A stretch of DNA of 64,000 nt. Source: a bacterium. GTDB lineage: Bacteria > UBA8248. Shown here piece by piece: positions 1 through 10,021 of this stretch. The stretch covers positions 448,001-512,000 of the forward strand of contig OZ241875.1 in NCBI GenBank assembly GCA_965203325.1, in the 5' to 3' direction. The notes under the pieces were generated by a model. The model made no database searches. It saw nothing but the letters and a program-made list of their open reading frames with translations, and was not told the origin of the DNA. Every line of letters begins with the position of its first letter. The first letter of the stretch is position 1. The translations under genes and the position numbers were made by a program.

Positions 1-412
1 CGTCCACCCCCCACCTTCGGCTCGCGACATAATGGCCCATCTCGTGCGCGCCGAGAATCAGGAGCAGCGTCAGCGAATAAGGCAGTCCGACCAACAGCGC
101 CGCCGGCTGTGAGAAGACGGCGTCGGGCGCGACGCCGCGCTGGAGTGCGCCCGCAAACAAAGTGGAGAGCAGCGTCAGGACGAACATCAACGCGGGTATC
201 CCGACAGTTCGCCAGGAGGGAACGCGCGTCCGGGCCATGCTCTCGAAACGAGCAAAAGCGGGGCCTTCGTCCCGCACCGGGGACGTGAGTGATTCCTCAC
301 CCGGCCCGGGATCGTCTGCGAACGCATCCCGTTCCCGTTCTCTGCGCGGGGCCGCATGCGGGGAGCGGCCGCCCGGCCCGAAGCCTTCTGTTCGTCCGTT
401 CAATGGCTGCAT
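1..412 (-). CDS. Site-2 protease / peptidase M50 family membrane metalloprotease (5' part; runs off window start)
   Basis: Not in the ORF track. My own translation from the ATG at 412 gives ...GIPALMFVLTLLSTLFAG...GLPYSLTLLLILGAHEMGHYVASRRWGVD: transmembrane helices followed by an HExxH motif. Confidence 0.85.
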   Translation of the reverse strand, partial: MQPLNGRTEGFGPGGRSPHAAPRRERERDAFADDPGPGEESLTSPVRDEGPAFARFESMARTRVPSWRTVGIPALMFVLTLLSTLFAGALQRGVAPDAVFSQPAALLVGLPYSLTLLLILGAHEMGHYVASRRWGVD

Positions 413-540
413 CCACGGCGGGTGAGGAGAAAAAATCGCGCATCGCGGGATTCTAACCCAACCCGCGCGGTTCACGCACCTTGACACTTCCCCGCGCAAT
501 TCCTACCCTCGCGTGTGACCCGTCCGCCCGCGAGAAAGAA

Positions 541-2076
541 ATGCCCAAAAACATCTGGAATCTCATGGTCGCCGCCTGTGTCGCCGCGTCGTTCATTTCG
601 GGATGCAAGGCGGCCCTCCCTCCGGACCCGTCCCGAAAGGAAGCCGCGCCCGTCCGGAAGACGACGCCCGCTCCCGAGGCGAAGCGCAAGAGCGAGACGC
701 CGCCCGGGAAGAGCGGCCCCGAATCCATGGATGCCGCGCAAAAAGCCCCTCCCGTGAAGACGGCGGCAGGGTCCGCTCCCCCGCCGGGGGAAACCTCCGG
801 GACCGCGCGCGCCGAAGCGCCCCCTCCGAAAAAGATAGAAGAACCCGCCTTGCCGCCGGAGGTGAACGCCGGCCGCGTGGGAATCATGCTCCCGCTCTCG
901 GGCGCCCTGGGCGCCGCGGGCGGACGCGTCCACCAGGGAATCCAGTTGGCGCTTCGCCACAGCCTGGCGAAATATCCGGGACTCAGGATTCAACTCGCGA
1001 TTCGCGACACGAAAAGCACGGCGCATTCCGCGGGCGACGCGGCGGAAGTCGCCGCCGAGCTGATCGAAAAAGAAGGAGCGATCGCCCTCATCGGCCCGCT
1101 CATCACCGAGGCGGCGGAAGGCGCCGCCCGGGTCGCGAACCGCCTGGAAACCCCCATGCTCACGCCGTTTGCGCTTAGAATGCGCATGAACCCCGATTTT
1201 CCCTGGGTGTTCCGCAATTCGCTCACGAACCGCCTCCAGGCCCGGGGTGTCGCCGCCTACGCCGTCCAGCATCTCGGGATGCGGCGCTTCGCCGTCCTGT
1301 ACCCGGCGGAGCGCGACGGGATAGAGCTGACCGACGCCTTCACACAGGCGGTGGATAACCTGGGAGGCGAGGTCGTCAAGATCGTTTCCTTCCCGGAGAA
1401 CGCCACCGATTTCAGGGCGCAGATGCTCGCGCTCGGCGGCATGGACGATCGCCGGCTGAACAGACGGAGACGCTCACTCGGCCTCAAGAGAACCGACCCT
1501 GACCCAATCAACCTGGACTTCGAGGCGCTCTTCGCGCCCGTCCGTCACGAGGAGGCGGTGCTCATCGCGCCGCAGGTCCTCTTCTACAACATGCGCGCGG
1601 TCAGGCTCCTGGGCGGCAGCGGATGGAACGACCCCCGCCTGCTCGAACACGGGGAGCGCTACGTGGAAGGCGCGGTCTTCGTCGACGGGTTTTTCCCGGG
1701 CTCGGCGGAGCCGGCGGTCGCGCGTTTCGTGAACGAGTTCAAAATGATTTTCGGCCGAACGCCGGACATCTTCTCCGCTCTGGGCTACGACGCGGCGCGA
1801 ATCATCTTCTCGGCCCTCGCCCGAGGGGCGAAGACGAGAGAGGACGTGAAACGATACCTCACCGCCCTCCGGGGCTTCGAGGGCGTCACGGGCCTCACGG
1901 ACATGGGAGCGGACAACGACGCCGCGCGCCAGTTGTTCGTGCTGTCCGTGCAGGAGAAAGAAATCCGGCATCTTCAGATGGTCACGCCACACAGCAGGTT
2001 CGAGGGCGCCTTGCCCGGCGCGGCATGGCGCGAGGGCGCATTGCTCGCCCCGGTCCCGAACCCCGCGACGCAGTGA
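541..2076 (+). CDS. LpoA-like / periplasmic binding protein type 1 lipoprotein (penicillin-binding protein activator-like)
   Basis: Lipobox FISGC, Pro/Ala-rich linker, then motifs RVGIMLPLSG, LIGPL, DFRAQM, FVDGFF, ALGYDAA and GFEGVTG. Confidence 0.75.
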   Translation: MPKNIWNLMVAACVAASFISGCKAALPPDPSRKEAAPVRKTTPAPEAKRKSETPPGKSGPESMDAAQKAPPVKTAAGSAPPPGETSGTARAEAPPPKKIEEPALPPEVNAGRVGIMLPLSGALGAAGGRVHQGIQLALRHSLAKYPGLRIQLAIRDTKSTAHSAGDAAEVAAELIEKEGAIALIGPLITEAAEGAARVANRLETPMLTPFALRMRMNPDFPWVFRNSLTNRLQARGVAAYAVQHLGMRRFAVLYPAERDGIELTDAFTQAVDNLGGEVVKIVSFPENATDFRAQMLALGGMDDRRLNRRRRSLGLKRTDPDPINLDFEALFAPVRHEEAVLIAPQVLFYNMRAVRLLGGSGWNDPRLLEHGERYVEGAVFVDGFFPGSAEPAVARFVNEFKMIFGRTPDIFSALGYDAARIIFSALARGAKTREDVKRYLTALRGFEGVTGLTDMGADNDAARQLFVLSVQEKEIRHLQMVTPHSRFEGALPGAAWREGALLAPVPNPATQ

Positions 2077-2180
2077 GGGGAAGCTGAAACCGGAACATCC
2101 GGGGCTGCTGAAAAAGTTCGGATTTCGCGATCCGGCGGAATGTAGCCAATCAGGTCTATCTTCATGGGAGCGCCACCAAC

Positions 2181-2210
2181 CGTAGGGGCGGTTCGCGAAC
2201 CGCCCCTACA
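2181..2210. repeat. GTAG-family REP palindrome
   Basis: cGTAGGGGCGGTTCGCGAACCGCCCCTAC is a perfect hairpin with a GTAG foot; a related copy lies at ~63620. Confidence 0.8.
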
Positions 2211-2258
2211 GCGGACGCGGTATTCGCTCATCATTCCGGTGTCGGACCCGGCCAAGGA

Positions 2259-2431
2259 GGGATTGTTGAAAAAGCCCTGATGAACGAGGGTTTTACGCAA
2301 CCGGTGAGAGGCGGTTTTTGTAGGGGCCGCATACATGCGGCCCATGTAGTGGGTTAAAAAAATCAGGGTCGCATATATGCGACCCCTACACACAAACAAA
2401 TTTTCCCTTTGTGGGACATTTCCAACAACCC
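2259..2431. mobile_element. MITE-like element containing an inverted REP doublet
   Basis: Imperfect terminal inverted repeats GGGATTGTTGAAAAAGCCC ... GGGACATTTCCAACAACCCC enclose GTAGGGGCCGCATACATGCGGCCC ... GGGTCGCATATATGCGACCCCTAC. Confidence 0.55.
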
Positions 2432-2480
2432 CATCCGAAGCAGGATTCTTGAAGCAACCCCCCTCAAGCCGCGCTTGACC

Positions 2481-3254
2481 TCAGATCTGTATCGCCCCGC
2501 ACGAGATGGTGTACGCCTGTCCGGTGATGCCGGCGGCTTCTTCGCTCGCGAGGTACAAGGCCATGGCGGCGATCTCATCGGGCGCCAGGAAGCGCCCCAT
2601 CGGGATGTCATCCTTGTAGCGATTCATCGCCGCCTCTCTCTCCTCGGCATGACTGGCGAGGCCTTCCTTGAAGGCCGTGACCAGGCTCGTGTCCACGAAA
2701 CCGGGGCAAATCGCGTTCACAGTCACGCCCGCCGCCGCCACTTCGAGCGCTACCGAGCGCACGAGGCCCAGCACCCCGTGCTTCGCCGCGTGGTAGGCGC
2801 TGCGGTTCGGCCCGCCGATTTTGCCCGAGACCGAGCTGATCGCGATGAGGCGGCCCCAGCCGCGCTCGCTCATCTCCCCGACTGCCGCGCGAAAGGCGTA
2901 AAAGGCGCCGTTTAAGTTCACGCGCATCATCTCGTCCCAAATGGCGTCGGTGGTTTCCTCGAGCCTGGCGTGAAGGAGCGCGCCCGCGTTGGCGACCAGA
3001 ACGTCCACGCCGCCCAGTTCCCGGCCCGCGTGCTGAACGGCTTCCTCCACCGCCCGAGAATCGCCCACGTCGCAGGGAATCGCCAGGGAGCGCCTTCCCT
3101 TTTCCTTGATCTCCTCCGCGACCGCGTCTATCTCGGCGCGCGTTCTCGCAACAACGGCCACGTCCGCGCCCTCGCTTGCGAATCTGAGCGCGATGGCGCG
3201 CCCGATGCCACGACCGCCGCCTGTGACGAACGCGCGTTTGCCCTCAAGCCGCAT
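2481..3254 (-). CDS. SDR family NAD(P)-dependent oxidoreductase
   Basis: Motifs TGGGRGIG, LVANAG, YHAAK (YxxxK) and NAICPG. Confidence 0.92.
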   Translation of the reverse strand: MRLEGKRAFVTGGGRGIGRAIALRFASEGADVAVVARTRAEIDAVAEEIKEKGRRSLAIPCDVGDSRAVEEAVQHAGRELGGVDVLVANAGALLHARLEETTDAIWDEMMRVNLNGAFYAFRAAVGEMSERGWGRLIAISSVSGKIGGPNRSAYHAAKHGVLGLVRSVALEVAAAGVTVNAICPGFVDTSLVTAFKEGLASHAEEREAAMNRYKDDIPMGRFLAPDEIAAMALYLASEEAAGITGQAYTISCGAIQI

Positions 3255-4341
3255 GGGCGCTCTCCCCCTCTCCCATCATGCGAGGGTGCGAGGCCAGATT
3301 ATCGAAGAAAGCTTCCACCTCGCGGAGGACGGCGTCCATATCCTCCATCCGGTTCACCTTCTCGCGCATCGCCGAGCCTCCCCGAAGACCCTTCGTGTAG
3401 GCGGGCAGGTGCTTGCGGCTGTGGAACGTTGCGAGCCGCTCGCCCAGCACCTCTCTCAAGAGCCGCAGGTGGCGAAGCGCCATATTCTTCTTCTCGATCA
3501 GGCCGGGCGGTGCGGGCAGTTCTCCCGTTTTGAGCCAGTGGAGAAGCCTGGAGAAAATCCACGGATTGCCAATGGCGCCGCGCCCGATCATCAGGGCGTC
3601 CACGCCGGTGCGGCGAATCATGGCGATGGCGTCCTGCGGACTCAGGATGCTGCCGTTTCCCAGAACGGGCACCCTGACCGCGCGCTTGACCCGCGCGATG
3701 GCGTCCAGATCCACAGCGCCGCTGAACATGGCCTGCCGCGTCCTGCCGTGCACGGTGATGGCTTTGGCGCCCGCATCCTCCACCGCCCTGGCGAAGACTT
3801 CCGCCTGGCTTCGCTCGACCGTGTCCCAGCCGGTGCGCATCTTCACCGTCACGGGGATGCGCACGGCGCGCACCATGGCGGAGACGATTTCGTGCGCAAG
3901 CTCGGGGTATCTGAGAAGGGAGGAGCCCGCCTGGTTCTTCGTTATCTTCTTGACGGGGCATCCGCAGTTGAGATCGACGATGTCCGCCCCCGCTTCCTCC
4001 ACCATGGCGGCCGCCTCGCCCATCTGGGCCGGGTCCGCGCCGAAAAGCTGGATGGAGACCGGCTTTTCCGCCGCGTCGTTCCGCATGAGGTCGTAGGTCT
4101 TTTTGTGCCGCCGCACGAGGGCCTGGCTGCTCACCATCTCGGTGGCCACCATGCCTGCGCCGTGCGCCTTGACCAGCGTGCGGAAGGGCAGGTTCGTGTA
4201 GCCCGCCATGGGCGCCATGACGAGGCGATTCTCGAGCCTCACGCCGCCGACTTCCAGGGGCGAATCGAAACCCGCAGGCGGGGGTGGAACCTCCTCCAGA
4301 GACTCCTCGCATACGCTCGGGCCCGCTTCTTCGGGGCGCAT
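3244..4341 (-). CDS. dusB: tRNA-dihydrouridine synthase B
   Basis: Motifs MAPMAG, DLNCGCP, VTVKMRTG, TVHGRT and MIGRGAIGNPW. Confidence 0.92.
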   Translation of the reverse strand: MRPEEAGPSVCEESLEEVPPPPAGFDSPLEVGGVRLENRLVMAPMAGYTNLPFRTLVKAHGAGMVATEMVSSQALVRRHKKTYDLMRNDAAEKPVSIQLFGADPAQMGEAAAMVEEAGADIVDLNCGCPVKKITKNQAGSSLLRYPELAHEIVSAMVRAVRIPVTVKMRTGWDTVERSQAEVFARAVEDAGAKAITVHGRTRQAMFSGAVDLDAIARVKRAVRVPVLGNGSILSPQDAIAMIRRTGVDALMIGRGAIGNPWIFSRLLHWLKTGELPAPPGLIEKKNMALRHLRLLREVLGERLATFHSRKHLPAYTKGLRGGSAMREKVNRMEDMDAVLREVEAFFDNLASHPRMMGEGESAHAA

Positions 4342-4362
4342 CAGCTTATCCTCTTGAAACGG

Positions 4363-5487
4363 CTATCCATTCGACGCATCTCCCAACTCCCAGGAAGGGT
4401 CCGCATCCATGTCGGCGTAATCCATAAAACGCTCGCGTCCGCGTATTTTCAGCCGGAAACCCCCTGCGCAGGCAATCATCGCCGCGTTGTCCGTGCAGTA
4501 TTTGCGCGCGGGGAAATGGAGCGACCAGCCCTCCCGCTCCGCCCGTTCGGCGAGCTTCACCCGCAGATACGAGTTCGCGGCCACGCCCCCGCTCACGGAG
4601 ACGGCGGGCAGATTCTCCCGGCGGACCACCCCGCTCACCTTCTCCACCAGAACCTCCACCGCCGCTTCCTGAAAGCCCGCGGCCACGGCGCACGCCACCT
4701 CTTCGGGGACGTCCTGCGGACGCGCCCAAGGGGGGAGGTTCCTGTCGCTGAGATACAGCCCTCGTTCTTTCTGGTAGTTTAACACAGCCGTTTTCAACCC
4801 ACTAAAGCTGAAAGCGTAAGGTCTGTCCTCAAGAAACGGCCGGGGGAATACAACCGGAGCAGCACCGCTCCCGTTCGCTTCGAGAAACTTCGCATGAAGG
4901 CGATCGACGATGGGGCCGCCCGGATAGCCCAGTCCCATGATGGCCGCCACCTTGTCGTAGGCCTCGCCCAGGGCGTCATCCAGCGTGCCGCCCAGATGCG
5001 TGACTTCCGAATGTCCATCCACGCGGTAGAAATCCGTATGCCCGCCCGAGACCACGAAGCCCAGATGGGGAAACGGGGGCGGCGCATCGCTCCCGTCTTC
5101 CGCCGGCAGAAACAAGGAATGAACGTGGCCGTCGAGATGATGCACGCCGATGAGGGGAACGCCCAGGCTCCACGCCAGGCCCTTGGCGGCGGAGAGGCCC
5201 ACGAGCAGGGCCACCACAAGGCCGGGGCCGCGCGTGACCGCCACGGCGTCGACCTCTTTCGCCGAAACGGACGCCTCATCCAGAGCCGCCTCCAGCACGG
5301 GCGCTATCATCTCCACGTGGCGGCGCGCCGCGAGTTCGGGGACCACGCCGCCGTAGCGCGCATGAATCTCGTGCTGCGAGGCCACGACGTTCGAGAGGAC
5401 CTTCGGCGCGGAATCCTCGCCGAACTGCAGGACGGCCGCCGCCGTCTCGTCGCAACTCGTCTCCACGCCCAGGATATACACGTTCAT
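4363..5487 (-). CDS. tsaD: tRNA N6-adenosine threonylcarbamoyltransferase
   Basis: Motifs GVETSCDET, GGVVPELAARRH, HHLDGH, VSGGHT, GEAYDKVA, FSFSGLKT and CTDNAAMI. Confidence 0.96.
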   Translation of the reverse strand: MNVYILGVETSCDETAAAVLQFGEDSAPKVLSNVVASQHEIHARYGGVVPELAARRHVEMIAPVLEAALDEASVSAKEVDAVAVTRGPGLVVALLVGLSAAKGLAWSLGVPLIGVHHLDGHVHSLFLPAEDGSDAPPPFPHLGFVVSGGHTDFYRVDGHSEVTHLGGTLDDALGEAYDKVAAIMGLGYPGGPIVDRLHAKFLEANGSGAAPVVFPRPFLEDRPYAFSFSGLKTAVLNYQKERGLYLSDRNLPPWARPQDVPEEVACAVAAGFQEAAVEVLVEKVSGVVRRENLPAVSVSGGVAANSYLRVKLAERAEREGWSLHFPARKYCTDNAAMIACAGGFRLKIRGRERFMDYADMDADPSWELGDASNG

Positions 5488-5702
5488 GCTCCTCGCTTTG
5501 CGCAAACCTCATCAAACTCTGGTTCAAGTGGATACGGGAATTTTCGCGGGGAAGCAACGCCTATCCGAGCGGTAGGGGCGATTTGGAGAGTCTCTTCCCC
5601 TGAATAGAGGGGCGATCATGCGGACACACAAGTCCACTCCTGCGGCAGGGCCTGTCCCTAGGCAAAAAAATCGAAGGCCGGGATTCACTCCTTCTTTGGG
5701 AT

Positions 5703-5774
5703 TGTAGGGGCCGCATATATGCGGCCCGGCCTTTCCACCCTTACAATGTGGGTCGCATATATGCGGCCCCTACA
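5703..5774. repeat. Inverted GTAG REP doublet (REPIN-like)
   Basis: GTAGGGGCCGCATATATGCGGCCC ... GGGTCGCATATATGCGGCCCCTAC; same family as the doublet at 2320-2390. Confidence 0.8.
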
Positions 5775-6033
5775 CCTGTATGTCGAGACCGAACCACAAC
5801 ACCGGAATAACTGAAGTCAATCTCAATCGATGAGGGATGGCTTGCTGAAACCGATTTTGCTCGTCTTAGAGACACGAGTAGTTCCGGGCAGTTCCGGTAA
5901 TCCCGTAAGGCACTGTAATAAGCTCTGTTATGAGCTTTTCGGGAATCCTCCCCGGCAGGCTCGCAATCAAAATGAAAGCGGATTGATTACAACTCCAAAG
6001 CATCCCGTCGCGCGCGAGTCGGGCCGGCTAGGG

Positions 6034-7070
6034 GTAAGCGTTTATCCAAGCCGTGATGGTAGTGCCTTGAAGCAGTAGTTTGTGCCGGGATGGGGGATGA
6101 TTTTACCGGTTGAGGATTTGCTTCCAGTTTCTGCGCAACGGTCGTAGCCAGATGTCCTTTTTCGGTTTGTTACGCTTCGTGTATCTGTCGTAGCGTCCAC
6201 GCCCCTGGGTCATGCCGACGTGAACCCACCCCAATGCCCTGTAGACGGCTCCGGTGTAGCGCGGCGTCTCGACGAAGGTCTCGACGAGGACGGGGGTCGT
6301 GCCATAGCGCTCGGTCCAGTCTCCGGGCAGGCGCCTGCGGATGATGGCGAGGAGGTGCGAGCCGAGGTTGGGGATCCTGATCCAGGGCAAGATGAGGAAC
6401 CTCGGGTTGTCGACCACGAGGGGGAGGTTCTTCTCGCGCAGTTGCGGCGTCCAGCCGATGAAGTCATCACGCGGGGCGAGCTTCCAGGCGGCGGTGGAGA
6501 AGCCGAGCATAGCGAGGGGCCTGCCGTCGCGGTCGTGGACGGCGTAGCGCATCTGCGCGCCGACGAGGGTCTTGTAGCCGAGGTAGTGGTAGCGGGCGAC
6601 GAACTCGTTCCAGAGCCTGCCCCTCGCGGGTTCCGCGCACGGCGACGCGCATATCGAGCGGTCGGACTTCGTTGAGGGCCTCAGGCGCCGGGATGAGGGG
6701 AGGTTCGGTGTCCGGTCCGAAGACAATCGGCCCGGGCCGGTTCTGGCTCCACTTCGGAGGCGGCAGCGTGATCAGGCCGTCCTTGTGCATGGCCAGCATG
6801 GTCACCCGGGCCATCATGTCCTTGAGTCCGCCGTCGGGCTTGTACCAGCCGATGCGGCGGCAGAACTCCTTCGATAGCGCATGGCGGTTGAGCGCAGGAG
6901 GACCGGCGATCAGTTCGCGCAGCAGCGCCATCTCTTCCGCCGTGAAGTCGCGTCCGTAGTAGCGGCACTCGGTCACGGCGTCAACCCGGCGCCATAAGGG
7001 CGCGCCTGCGCTCCTCATTCATCGACCAGGGCAGCCACGCGGAGAGGTCCCCGGGCGGGCGGCCGCCGCC
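6034..7070 (-). mobile_element. Remnant (right part) of an IS66-like element carrying a DUF4338 gene
   Basis: GTAAGCGTTTATCC at 6034 resembles IS66-family termini. The peptide GGRPPGDLSAWLPWSMNEERRRALMAPG (6981-7070) resembles an IS66 transposase C-terminus. The rest of the transposase is absent. Confidence 0.6.
6103..6976 (-). pseudogene. DUF4338 (DruA-like) domain protein, frameshifted
   Basis: The N-terminal half (MTECRYYGRDF...VRGTREG) and C-terminal half (RLWNEFVARYHYLGY...RFLILPWIRIPNLGSH) are in different frames. One extra G in the GAGGGGCAGG run at ~6620 accounts for the shift. Confidence 0.8.
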
Positions 7071-7559
7071 CTCCGGCACGTCTTTAAGCAGATTGAGGAC
7101 GGGCGCCATCACCGAGACCGGGATCAGCATGAGCACCGTTCCCGAAACGGCCGGGGTCAGGACCCGCCGAAACAGCGCGAGCCGATCGGATATGACGAAT
7201 TGAAAAAGCGCTGCGACGACGACCAGGGTGGCGAGGGCAGCGGGTCCTCCCTCAACGAGCGCCTGAATGGATACTGCGATAAAGGCCCCCGAACTGCCCA
7301 TCATGAGCACGTGCCCCATGCCGAACCGCCCGAGCCGAAGCGCTTGGAGCATCGTGGCCCCGCCTCCGATGACGACGGCGGCGAACACAGCCCACGTGAG
7401 ATAGGCTTCCCCTTGTCCGGCGGCCCGCATGATGACCGTCGTGAGCAAAATCGTGGCGGATACACTAAGGGCGGTAAGTTGCAACCCTAGGCCGAGAGCT
7501 AGGGCGGCAGGTGGTTTTTCATCGGCCTGGTATAGGAGACCCGAATCATTCGAACTCAT
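7070..7559 (-). pseudogene. Xanthine/uracil (NCS2-like) permease N-terminal fragment, truncated by the IS remnant
   Basis: YQADEKPP...GLGLQ and TPAVSGTVLMLI motifs with several transmembrane helices; breaks off after LLKDVPEG. Confidence 0.7.
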
Positions 7560-7752
7560 GGCGCAACCCATGCTTCGCAAGCGCAGAGCATCCACCGATA
7601 GAGCAGAAGCGATGCTTTTCTCTGAAGATTTGCGTGCCTGATACTCGACTGAAAGAGTCTCACGGGCAACAGCCCGTTTTGGGATAATCCCCGCAGGCTA
7701 TTAATGAATCCGAAATCCAAGTTGCCGATATCCATCTTCCTGGCTTCTGAGG

Positions 7753-8667
7753 TCACGGATGCAGGAGGTTGTGAAACTCCATGAATTCCCGGACCGCCGC
7801 AACACATGCCTCAGGTTGTTCGATTTGAAGAAAATGTGTCGCATCGGGCAGGAAATCATAGTCCACGCTCGATATATGACTCAGCTCGAAAGTCGGCAGG
7901 AACGAATACGGCAGGACGGGATCGGCTCCGATGACTTTCGTCGGACAGCCGAGTTTTTCCAAATCCACCCAAACGGTGAAAGCTCTGGCATAGTAGATAA
8001 GTTGCGCTTCATAGTCGCGAGGGCATCTCAGCTCGTAACCCTCTCCAGTTGCAGATTTACGAAGCGTCGTCCTTGCAAAGAGTTCACGAACTCCGGGTAC
8101 GACGCGCTCAAAAGACGGTATATAGCGGAGGAAATCCGCGCATTCCTCGATGGATTCAAATCGCTCGGTCCGGCGCTGGATCACCTCGGAGCAGCGTCTG
8201 GTGGCCACGTCATATTCTTCGTTATAGTCAGAGGGCTTGCACACCGGCGGGTCGAACAGAATGCGCGCAGCAAATCCGCTGCCGTGGGTGGGCGAGAGAA
8301 GCGAAACCAACGCCGAAATCGAATGGAACACGCCTGTTTTCGGCTTCTCTCCATACTGAGAGTCTATTTCTTCCATAATGCGGTCGTGGTCATCAACGAA
8401 TGAAGGGAGATTGTGCCGCTTTTGGGAACCGACGGGGTTCCAGCCGTGGTTCCTGAGATCGAAGACGAAGAGATCGAAATCCCAGAGCAGCAATGACCAG
8501 AACGGATAATAGAGATCGACCGCGAGACCGTTGCCGTGACTCACAACAAGCCTGGGACCCGCCGGATTCCCGTGACGCCGCAGGGTAATGACGGCGCCGT
8601 CTTCCATCCGAACTTCGTGGACGGAGAGCGGGGCGGGTATCTCCCAGACTTTTTCAGAAGTCGTCAT
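7753..8667 (-). CDS. supD: Alpha/beta hydrolase of the sup operon (SupD/E-like)
   Basis: Motifs SHGNG, FDLRNHG, atypical nucleophile elbow VFHSISA and C-terminal ATHFL; lies after the PPTase in the PKS operon. Confidence 0.75.
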   Translation of the reverse strand: MTTSEKVWEIPAPLSVHEVRMEDGAVITLRRHGNPAGPRLVVSHGNGLAVDLYYPFWSLLLWDFDLFVFDLRNHGWNPVGSQKRHNLPSFVDDHDRIMEEIDSQYGEKPKTGVFHSISALVSLLSPTHGSGFAARILFDPPVCKPSDYNEEYDVATRRCSEVIQRRTERFESIEECADFLRYIPSFERVVPGVRELFARTTLRKSATGEGYELRCPRDYEAQLIYYARAFTVWVDLEKLGCPTKVIGADPVLPYSFLPTFELSHISSVDYDFLPDATHFLQIEQPEACVAAVREFMEFHNLLHP

Positions 8668-8773
8668 TAAGCGCCCGGTCTTTCTGGAGAGCTATCTTTC
8701 CAGCGATGGCATCTCCAATCATGCCGCAAGTGAACGGAGCCGGCGAGTTGCCGGCATCGCCCGCACAATCACC

Positions 8774-9520
8774 CTACACACCTGTAGCTTTACTCACGTT
8801 TTTCACATCGAGAACCGAGTCCGATTCATAGGCGATGGCGGCGGCGAAGTGCGCGTTCCCCAGATTTTCGAGTCTCCAACTGGTGTCCGGGATGTGGGGA
8901 AACCGGAATACGCCCCTTTTCGCGCCGCGCCGTATGGCGGGCGGAATTTCGAACCTGGCCGGATCTAGGAAAAACCCCGTGCCGAGAGCCTTGACCAGCG
9001 TCTCCTTGAGCGTCCAGAGCGTGAAGAACAACTGGTGCTTATCGTTTTCTCTTACCGATGCGAAATCGGCTTGTTCCTCGGGAACGAACACGGTCCCGAC
9101 CATTGCATCGAGATCGATGCGGGCGAAGCGTTCTTCCACGTCCACGCCAAGCCGCCCTAGAGGCGCAAAGGCGAGCAATCCATGCTTGCCGCTGTGACTC
9201 ACGTTGAAGCTGATGGGAGCCTCTGACCCATCCACCAGCGCGAACGGCTTCCCATGTTCTGAGGCGCCGAATGCGAGTTGTTCGTTCTCGCAACCGAGTC
9301 GGCTACATAGAATCGAACGCAAAACAGCGCGGCACAGGACGAATTCGCGCCGGGGACGATCAAACCGGTATCGAAGCCAGCGGTCCCATTCACTCTCATC
9401 AAGCCACGAAATCGCATGTGCCTCGCGCCTCTCATGAGGCGTCAGGTCGACGTGCACGACGGAAACATCGCCAAATTCATGAAACTTGCGGAACCATGAA
9501 TCGAGGGCGTCGGCAGACAT
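8774..9520 (-). CDS. supC: Sfp-type 4'-phosphopantetheinyl transferase
   Basis: Motifs HGKP, FNVSHS, LGVDVE and WTLKETLVKALG. Confidence 0.88.
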   Translation of the reverse strand: MSADALDSWFRKFHEFGDVSVVHVDLTPHERREAHAISWLDESEWDRWLRYRFDRPRREFVLCRAVLRSILCSRLGCENEQLAFGASEHGKPFALVDGSEAPISFNVSHSGKHGLLAFAPLGRLGVDVEERFARIDLDAMVGTVFVPEEQADFASVRENDKHQLFFTLWTLKETLVKALGTGFFLDPARFEIPPAIRRGAKRGVFRFPHIPDTSWRLENLGNAHFAAAIAYESDSVLDVKNVSKATGV

Positions 9521-9706
9521 GGCAATTCAGTATTTCCGCGAGTGTTGCAGTCGTCAACTGTGCGCTTCGGTGCCAGAGGCTAGTCTGGTAGGACCAGCCC
9601 CCGACTTCCGACCAAAACAGTTTTGTAATATCCAGAAAATCGATGTATTTTCTCTGAAGTATCCTGCAGCACCTGGATTCCGGGATTGCGCTAAAATATG
9701 TTGGTT

Positions 9707-9928
9707 TCAACCACCGAGATGGTTGATCAAGTCCCTCAAACTGCGGAAACCTCTAGCATCTTCGGGAGAAATATCGACCCCGAATTCCTGGTTGACGGTC
9801 TGGAGAAACTTCACGGCAGCCATCGAATTCACGCCGAGTTCGCTGGCGCCCACATCCAGCATCGCCCGATCCGAGATGTTCAAATGTTTCTCCATGAGAT
9901 CTCCTACACGTTCTTCAACACTTGCCAT
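9707..9928 (-). CDS. supB: Stand-alone acyl carrier protein
   Basis: 73 aa with an LGVNSM phosphopantetheine-attachment motif and EFGVDI; immediately downstream of the PKS. Confidence 0.85.
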   Translation of the reverse strand: MASVEERVGDLMEKHLNISDRAMLDVGASELGVNSMAAVKFLQTVNQEFGVDISPEDARGFRSLRDLINHLGG

Positions 9929-10021
9929 CGCAGCGTCTCCCTTTGAAAAGCTACCAGAAAGCTACCAGTAGCAATTGAAATGTGGCTTGATCATAGAGCA
10001 ACGGGCGTGCATGTCAATGGT

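Noticed and set aside
3106..5607. Long + strand ORFs (558 aa, 237 aa) and similar shadow ORFs opposite supA, the integrases and ctpA
   Set aside because: They are antisense to well-supported genes, expected in high-GC DNA, and carry no motifs.
6103..6976. Druantia anti-phage system (DruA similarity)
   Set aside because: No DruE helicase or other dru genes are present; the context is an IS remnant and the gene is frameshifted.
9477..9710. 77-aa ORF between supB and supC
   Set aside because: It has a TTG start and no recognisable motif, and overlaps the supC start; probably spurious.
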